This document shows, in pieces, positions 55,279 through 64,000 of a stretch of 64,000 nucleotides of DNA; within the stretch, counting starts at the first letter, position 1; every line of letters starts with the position of its first letter. Below the pieces are notes generated by a model. The model searched no databases. It was not told the origin of the DNA and saw only the letters and a list, made by a program, of their open reading frames with translations. A program made the position numbers and the translations under genes. The DNA is taken from positions 110,670,001 to 110,734,000 of the forward strand of contig OX597816.1 in the NCBI GenBank assembly GCA_951406725.2. Direction: 5' to 3'. This DNA comes from Octopus vulgaris (taxonomy: Eukaryota).

Positions 55279-57324
55279 CATTATATTTTACAAACAATAC
55301 ACAATGCTTAAAGCGAATTACAATACACTCCTATATTATATATTTGAAATAAAACCATAGCAGACCTACACATGACAGGCAAACCTCTGAAGAAAACATT
55401 TCATTGCTTCGTTTGACAGCCAGGTACAGTTTTTCTATGACATTTCATTTCGGCAATTAAAACAATGTCTCCTCTTTTGTTCAGTATGACTTACCGATCA
55501 ATAATTCCTTTCTCTATTTAATTAGTTAAAGGTCAAAAGCCACTTAAATACATTTTCTCGAGCAAATCTATGCAATGTAGGGAATACATTAGCATTCGTC
55601 TCGTTTTACATCCCTATTATTTCCTGGTCCTAAATATGACATTTTTATTTCTAATGTTGCCAAGCGTTGACTAACCTAATTACTACCGCGTGGGATAAAT
55701 TGCTTGATGATATTTGTTTCTGTTTTTACTTTCTGCTTTCAAATACTGCCGAGGGCAAAGCGATTATTCGCGTAAATCATCGAACTGCTTAGCTCTGATA
55801 ATATAAAGAATCAGTCAATTAATTAGGTAGAAGTAATCAATTACATCAAAATTTTAGCTTTGTAAGTATTCCACAAATTATTGATCACCAATTATTTTCA
55901 CTGTAAAATATTTCAAAAATATAATACAGTAGAAAATACGTGAGTCATCAAATTTCGTTTTGTATAGTTTTATGAAATTTACTTGGCAGGATAACATGTA
56001 TAATGTAGAATATCGAGAGATAATTAGAATAAAATGCGATAATGAAGTATGTTTTCTTTGTCTTTACATTGTAGATTGATGAATTTCAGAGATTATGCAA
56101 GTAAGCGAGTTTTTTTCATGATCACACTATCATAAGCTTTGTGCTGATAAAATGACTTAACTTTTTATCTTGGACAAGTCTATCAGTCGTAATTTACTAT
56201 TTAGAATCTAACTTCAAACACAAACTCAGATGAATTATTTATCAAATAGACTAAGACTTGATAAAACTAAGATTCATAAATCCGGTATTTGATTTTTCTG
56301 CTTCCTTGCGGCGAACATATACAGTTTTAACCACAACAATATTGCACCTGCCCAACTCACTTGTATCAGATGTTATGTAATAATAAAAGCAATTTTTTTC
56401 TCTTACCCTTTACAGTGTAAATGTCAACAAATATCAGTTCTTACTAAGCATCACAAAATAGATACAAAAGCAACACTGAAGAATTATAATAAAAATTAGA
56501 AAGACATTTCGTAAGTCTATATCTAAAATATCTTCAGGGGAACTTCTCATTCAAATTTCTCTTTGTAGTTTAAAGAAATTTCTGACTACAATATGTTGAC
56601 CTCAACAAAGGTTTGACATTTTTACAAAGTTTTCTGTGATGCTTTCAGATATAGCGTTCTGATTGTAGTCTTGCTTGTACTGGATATATTGTACTGGATA
56701 TGTTTAATCAATAAGGGATGTTGTGCGAGGCATGTATCTCACTAAGAGATGAAGTGCAGTCGCTTCAAGGTGAAGTTAACTGATATCTTCTAGGATAAGT
56801 TGGTTAAGTTTGTGTATCCAAGCACTCAGCTGCCTTTAAAATATTTTAATGTCTCTTATGAAATGATCACCATTATTGCTTTGAAACTGCAGATATGTTG
56901 CTCTCTCTCTCTCTCTCTCTCTCTTTATCTCCCTTTCTGTCTCATTCCCAATATGATATGTCTCGTACAAATGGCGCGTTACCATACTAGAAATATATGG
57001 ATATTCTAGTAAATAAAGATACCATTATATGAAAACGGGAACAGTATGAGTGCTATCTCTTTACCACAACTGTGACTCGAATCTACTTGAACATGCGTAG
57101 TCTGTGGCTAAATGATAGATGAAAAATGTTTCACCACCGCCCATGCTTTCACAGATGTTCCTCCCATTTACATATGCTGCAAAATAGCAAATTTCAGATT
57201 CTTCATTGAACTTACCTGATGTTCATATATCGCTGCAGTTTTTGTGAACGAAACTTTAATTTACTCGACTTGTTCTGATAGTTACACATTTGGATTATAT
57301 ACGTCATACTACTTAAAAAAAGGA

Positions 57325-57655
57325 AAAACCTCCTTCGTTCATAAATGATCATGGGATTGCACCTACAAAGTTACCCTCCGAGGCACAAGTCCGGTTAAGG
57401 TTGTTTATGGAAGACTAACAGTCGACCAGGCATAACGGCCTCTCCTCCCCGCACTACCGATGTTATCCAAAGGAACGGCAAAGGTCGGTGCAGTTTGGCA
57501 CCAATGACGTAGCAACTATTTTCTACAGCTAAATGAAGTGGAGCAACGGGTAATAAAGTGTCTTGTTCAAGAACCCGGCACATAGCCCGCTCCAGGAATC
57601 GAATTCGTTACCTAATAGTTGAGCCCGATGCTCTAATCACTGAGTTATGCACCTT
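57325..57655 (-). mobile_element. tRNA-derived CORE-type SINE, family C
   Basis: The reverse complement is colinear with 17521-17843 (ttcgattcctggagcgggct, ttcttgaacaagacacttt, ttgtgcctcggagggtaactt). Confidence 0.85.
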
Positions 57656-59365
57656 CATCTCAGCGATATGAACTCACTAAAAGTGAAGCACCAACGATCA
57701 TTTTCCTATTCAGCACATACACCTGTGGTTCCTTTATCTTAAGATAGATTTATTGTTCATCCGTCCCTCAACTTCATTAATAGCTTTCTCGTCAGCTTCA
57801 CTATTAAATATCGGTTATTCATAGGAATAGGATGTCTTCGAGCATGTGTGTACATGTGCGCGTGCTCGTGTGTGCATGTGTGCGTGCATCTGTGTGTGCA
57901 CATACATGCATACATACACATGCACACACACATATATGTATACTATTTTTTTACGTTTAAGCATATACCTTCATATACACACAATTTTTCATGATCGGTT
58001 TATATGAGATGTGTATTCGTATATACAAACGCAGACTCATATACAAATATGTGTTTAGAATAATGCATATATTAGCTCTTGTAGATGCCCAAATACTCGC
58101 AAGCATGCACACATTCCTTCATAAATACACACATATGTGTATAAACACACATACACATAGATACACACACACTTACAGAGATGTGAATACACACACGTGC
58201 CTAAATGTATAACATAATAAAGTTAAATATAGGATTGGCATTAAAATTCAGAGAATGTAACGTAAAATATAACTTTATAGCGCAAAAAGAATTAAATATT
58301 AATGTATATAATACGATGAAATAAAATAACGTATAAATAAAAGGATGCTAAATTAAAATAAATGAAAATATATAGGTGAACGTGGGTTAAATTCTAGATA
58401 GAAAATTAAAGTATAACTGCAACGTATCTTTATTTGTTAGATAGGTAGGTGATTGTTCATTGCTCTAAGGGCGTTATAATGTAGGATTATAGATTAAAAT
58501 ATAAAATCAAATGTAAAGGCTTTTAAAAAACTGTAATGCAAAAAGGAAGAAACATGGGTTTTAACGTAGAGTATAACGCAAAGTATATCAAACGTATAAA
58601 GGTTCATATATAGTATGGACGCAGAGTAAATTATAGGAGCTAGATTAGAAGGTTTGGTTCTACTAATTATGTCCCAGCTCACTGCATATTTTTTATTGTT
58701 ACTTTTTCATCGTCCCAAAATTTGCTTGAACTCATAATTATTACTCTTGTTTCTATGCCTAAACGTAAGTTCGTGACTGGCTATTCTACGTTTGATAAAT
58801 GTTTCGCTAGCACCAACATATAAATATAAATGACCTTCTGGTAATGCCTTACACTGTTTCTGTAACTTTGCAGTTAGATTCTAACGGGCATAATCTATTG
58901 GGTACACAATCATATTCCTTGTATCTAACTCTTTTTTCTTTATCTTCTTTCTCTATCTGCTTATTTCTGTTGATGCTTGCTCCTTTTAACTCCTAATTTA
59001 TAATCTCTGTTTTGATTTTCGAGATTTTGAGTATCGCTTTCCGTTAAAACTCATTACATCTTCCTTTTTGCATTTGTTTACTATCTTTGTTATGAATACT
59101 TACCTTCTCATTGCCCCTCATTTTAGCGTTTGTGTTAACCAGTTTTGATCCTTTCATGGGATTTTACTGGTTGTTTTCCTTCCATCGTTTCCTTTATTAA
59201 ATTTATGTATATTAGAACACTTATTTCCTTATCATTAAATAATATATTTACGTTATAATTCATCTTCTCGTAGAAAACATTTAACCGTTTCATGTTTCGT
59301 ACTGCAATTATTTCTGATATGTTTTTCGAATTTGAACAAGCATTTCTTATCCTAAGTGAATGCAT

Positions 59366-59586
59366 TTATGTATGTATGTATGTATGTATATATATATATA
59401 TATATATTTCTATCTGGTTTGCAAGATTCTTTATGTGATTTAGTGTGTTAAAGCAAATTTTGTTGTGTCTATATTTGCATGATGACAATGACTAGATAAA
59501 ACAATATTTGTGTATGTGCCTCTGAGTGTGTGCGCGTATGTGTTTATGTATAAGTGTACATATATATATGTATGTATATATATATA

Positions 59587-59637
<51 letters not shown>

Positions 59638-59680
59638 ATGTGTGTGTGTGTTTATATGTGTATATGTATGTATATATGTA
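59366..59680. repeat. (TATG)n/(TA)n/(TG)n microsatellite cluster
   Basis: Direct reading. Confidence 0.9.
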
Positions 59681-60904
59681 TGAGGACATGAGATTCTACA
59701 TATATATTCATATAGACTTTCGTAATTATATTTAGATATATACGAGTATATTTAGAAACTAATCTTAGGTTTTGCATAACGCTGTGATACATATATATCT
59801 CTTCTTAGATACAGTTCTTTCCTTAAGCATTGTCCTTCAACGTACAGAATATTATTAACAGTAAAAATAGGTTGCCTTTACTATGGATTACCAATGAGTT
59901 ACTGGAGAGAAAATCGAACTAAAATGTGCCGTCACCTCAAGCAATTAATTTCACAGATAATAAATTTTCTCTTAGAATAATGGGGCAAATTAATTAAATT
60001 GCCCGATCAGATAATTTTCAATGAATTCAATGACCTAAAGGATTTTCATGAGTAGAGTTGAGAAATTACACGATATTAGGATATAAAAATGCACATACAT
60101 AAACTGTGAACTATAGTTATTAGAGAGAATAAATATATTGCTCTAATGAGAGAGATTTTATTAAAAGATCCTTAAAACTACATAAAGAATGTCAGAGAAG
60201 ACAAAGAAAGCTTGACAGTTCTAAAAGTGAAGGTGCTTTAAAATACGTAACCAGTGGTAGTTATAGGTAGGGAAATGAAGGACGAAATAGGATATTCTTA
60301 ATATGATGGTGACAAAGATGCTGGCTTTATGCAGAACAGAGGGAGAAAATATAAATGAACAAGCGAAACGTATTTCTTTTAAATTTAGTGGGTATATCGT
60401 CCAATTGTAAGCTAATAAAGCTGGCTTAATAGGTTGTTGACGTAGTTCTGAAATTTAGTCCTTAGCAATTAGATATCCTGATTCGATCCATTTCTCAATA
60501 AATATTATCATACAATCTATAGATATATAATAGCCGTCAGTATCAAATTATAAATACCAACAAGATGAAGAAACAATAATAATAATAATGTCACATTTTG
60601 GCAAAATGGTAAATAATATACTGGGTAATACACACAGAAGGGACATATATGCTCTTACATATTATTCATATGAGAAATAGATATAGATAAATAAAAATAA
60701 AAATAAAACAAATAAATAAATAAATATAGAAGTAGATAGAGAAATAAATAAATATATATGTCACATACCTGTGATAAATATAGTTAATAGAGATAGATAA
60801 AATGAATAAATATACCCATATAAAGGGTATGGATACAAACAACATACGGAGCGAACCCCCCCCCCCACACACACACACAAACATGCAAGAAATTTCGTGG
60901 ACGG

Positions 60905-61005
60905 CCACAACAATATCAACAACACAAATTACAACAATAGCAGAAGTGGGGGTGACAACGATAGCAATAACAACAACAGCAACAACAATAACAACAACTA
61001 CTACG
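60905..61005. repeat. Decayed (CAA/TAA)n microsatellite
   Basis: Direct reading; gives the Thr/Asn-rich ORFs. Confidence 0.8.
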
Positions 61006-62283
61006 ATGGCACACCGTGGGCGAAAGCACGAACACAGACAGATACAGGAAATGTACCAAATTTTCAGGTCTTAGGACAGCAGCAGCACAACGGAGTGAAA
61101 GGATTTGGTTGAGCGGTACGCCATCCTTCTATTAAAAACAATGACACACACACAAGCATACACACACATGCACACGTACACACACACGCACACACACACG
61201 TACACACACACACACACAAACGCAGACAAAAACCTATTCGCACATAAGGATAAACATCTTAGAAAAACATGATGAAGTGAATGGACCAAGAGCTCGCACG
61301 AAAACGAAAATTGTCGCCGAAGAGGTCACAGACGTGTGACAAAGATTTCCGGACAATGGACATGAGTGAAAATTAAAAAAATAAGAGCCTTAATAAACGA
61401 GTGTGTTTATTTGGCAAAAAAGTGACTATCCCGCAATGCAACAAAATTTGTTTCAACATACGACTTCACATCAGGAATCTTGCAAAACAAATTGATAAAC
61501 GTGTATATATATATTAGCACCTACGGACAACCTGCTCATTTGCTCATGTACTTATTTAATCACCTGTTTCTGTATGATTATATACTTCCACGCCCTTGTT
61601 CTTGCAATTACCAATACCTTACACTTGATATTCTGTACTACTAATAAATGTGTATATATTCATCTAATTGATTCTAATGCATTCTAAAATATTGGAATAA
61701 ATTGACATACTCGAATGTTTACCGGCTGATGTCTGTCCATTTTTATCCTCTCCACTTTCTTATTTGCCGTATAAATCAATGGTAAACCACTTTTTACCCC
61801 CGCCCATATATAACAATCAAGTGCAAGATTGCTACGCAATAACTAGCACTTCGGTATGAAAAATTGGGTACCCTACCAGCAGTATATTGAATAGGTAATA
61901 TCCCTGAGTTGGTTTCTCAACCTCTATTTCACACAGTTATATATACGCATGTTTGTGTTCGTTTCAGAATAACATTTTCTAGTTGTATTTAATCTTTATA
62001 GAATCGTGCTTCGGCTTCGTATAAATATATGTAGTGCGACTTAATTATGTTCCAATTAATATATATATAGAAATTCTAAGAGAAAAGTAATGAATTACAT
62101 GCTGATCAAAAAATATATAATATTAGAATATGAATTATTCAGAGCATCAATCAGTAGGTACTTTTAGTCTTCCTGATCTATGTATATAGGCATAATTTTG
62201 TTTGATTTTGTTAGACATGCTACATTTATATGTAACTGATCATTTTAATCTTCTTCCCCTCTGCATCACTTGTACAGGTACAA

Positions 62284-62517
62284 GGCGGCGAGCTGGCAGA
62301 AACGTTAGCACGCTGGGCGAAATGCTAAGTGGTATTTCGTCTGCCGCTACGTTCTGAGTTCAAATTCCGCCGAGGTCGACTTTGCCTTTCATCTTTTCGG
62401 GGTCGATAAATTAAGTACCAGTTACGCACTGGGGTCAATGTAATCGACTTAATACCTATGTCTGTCCTTGTTTGTCCCCTTTGTGTTTAGCCCCTTGTGG
62501 GTAATAAAGAAATAGGT
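62284..62517 (+). mobile_element. SINE family B, monomer, least diverged-looking copy
   Basis: ggcggcgagctggcagaaacgttagcac...gagttcaaattcc (B box-like)...gcctttcatcttttcggggtcgataaattaagtaccag; close match to 50249-50457. Confidence 0.92.
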
Positions 62518-62599
62518 ACATAGCTAGCTGGTGAACTTGATGCGCACATACATATGTACATACACATAACTAAGAAGCATAGACACTTTTAGATGTCTT

Positions 62600-62672
62600 A
62601 CATGTATATATATATATATATATATACGTATCTATATGTGTGTATATATGTGTGTATACGCATATATACATA

Positions 62673-62728
<56 letters not shown>

Positions 62729-62833
62729 TATATATGCATATATATATACATATATATGCCTGTATATATTTACAAACATATACAAAATGTATATATAGAT
62801 GTATGTATGTATAAATATATATATATATATATA
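62600..62833. repeat. (TA)n-rich microsatellite
   Basis: Direct reading. Confidence 0.95.
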
Positions 62834-62843
62834 TTTACCAATA

Positions 62844-63152
62844 ATAAAGGGTGAAATTAATTAATTTAGAAATAATCATCAATTTCACCAAGTAGAGTTC
62901 GGCATGTAAAAGACCCATTCAAGGAAGGTTTAAGTAATACTAAGTAATTAAGGGTTTAGCAACGATTTGCCTCACCGAATTTAGAAATAGCAGTCAAAAA
63001 GGTTTGGCCATTCTTTCTACTTAAAAGGGAGGTCCCAGTAAAACCAAAGCACTTAAAAAGCAAACGACGCCGGTAAAAGAGAAAGAAATGACAAAAATCA
63101 TTCTATATTAAGTCACCTACGGACGTACGTTTCGGAATTAAGTCATTGCAGA

Positions 63153-63186
<34 letters not shown>

Positions 63187-63285
63187 ATTTCTGTAAAAGT
63201 TTCTACCGATAATGGTTTTCTTTCCATGCCGAAACTACGTGGTAAAATGTATTAATTATTAAATTAATATTTCTTTACCCTATAT
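62844..63285. repeat. Cassette with about 75-bp diverged inverted ends and a half hammerhead motif
   Basis: 62844-62919 aligns with the reverse complement of 63211-63285 (ttcggcatg.aaa...ccatt). The minus strand at 63133-63122 reads GAAAC-GTAC-GTC. Confidence 0.75.
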
Positions 63286-64000
63286 CTATACTGATAGATA
63301 GATAGACAGATTGATAGATAGATAAGTAAAAACGGTAGTTCTAAAATTTCTCGTTAAGAGAATATTTCCTGATATATAAATACATATATATATATATACA
63401 CACACACACACGCACATCCACACATATACACACACACACACTCACACACACTCAAACACACACACATATATATAACGTATGCAGTCATATGCATCGAAAT
63501 TTAAGAAGTAATATCGTAAATGGAAATATGCTTTCAATCATATCATATATTAGTATTACTGATGTTTATAGTTGCGAGATTTATTAATACCAGTATTGAT
63601 ATTCTAATGTCGATGTAGTAGATAGTCATTATCAATATTCCTATTATATTTGCCATCTGTATTTCAAGTGTTTTTAATTCGTTGGATTGGACAAGTTCAA
63701 TGTGTAAGTAATGTCTGTAATATAATAACTACATCATATATTGTTGTGTAAGAGACAAATATTTTTAGTTTGTAATAGATTTTTCTGATATAGCTTTTGC
63801 TTCTGTTTATTCCGTCTTTTGTCTAAAGAATGGGAAAGACAAAGAATTCTATTAATACTTTATTGTAATATGTTCGGCGCATCTTTGTTACTTCTATTGG
63901 AAACTACTTTGACAGAAGATTAATTTTCATTGTTTCGAAGTTGTACAACTATACTATTGATATAAGATATTGATATGATACTCTGTCATTCTTCATTTTC

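Noticed and set aside
58800-60500. Purine-skewed stretches suggestive of old LINE coding sequence
   Set aside because: No diagnostic motif could be recovered by eye.
62276-62520. aggtaca as TSD of the SINE at 62284
   Set aside because: The 3' aggta also occurs at the same position inside the 50249 copy, so it is probably element sequence.

Overview
AT-rich, microsatellite-dense eukaryotic DNA with no intact protein-coding gene that I can support. The SINE repertoire and (TA)n/(CA)n/(TAA)n load suggest a cephalopod, most likely an octopus (inference). The window is a graveyard of transposable elements: R4/Dong-like non-LTR fragments, at least six Penelope-like element (PLE) remnants (RT and GIY-YIG), five IS630/Tc1/mariner remnants, a CR1/L2-group LINE 3' end, and four tRNA-related SINE families. 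Nearly all supplied ORFs are microsatellite artefacts or TE fragments. The most interesting signals are: (i) several short cassettes lodged in microsatellites that carry decayed minimal hammerhead-ribozyme cores; (ii) three diverged long inverted-repeat pairs (38.1-38.5, 54.3-55.3, 62.8-63.3 kb); (iii) one SINE head found with two different tails, one resembling the 3' end of a LINE in the same window; (iv) an unexplained, decayed Cys-rich coding-like stretch at about 28 kb. Family names come from motif recognition by eye, not database searches, and boundaries are approximate.
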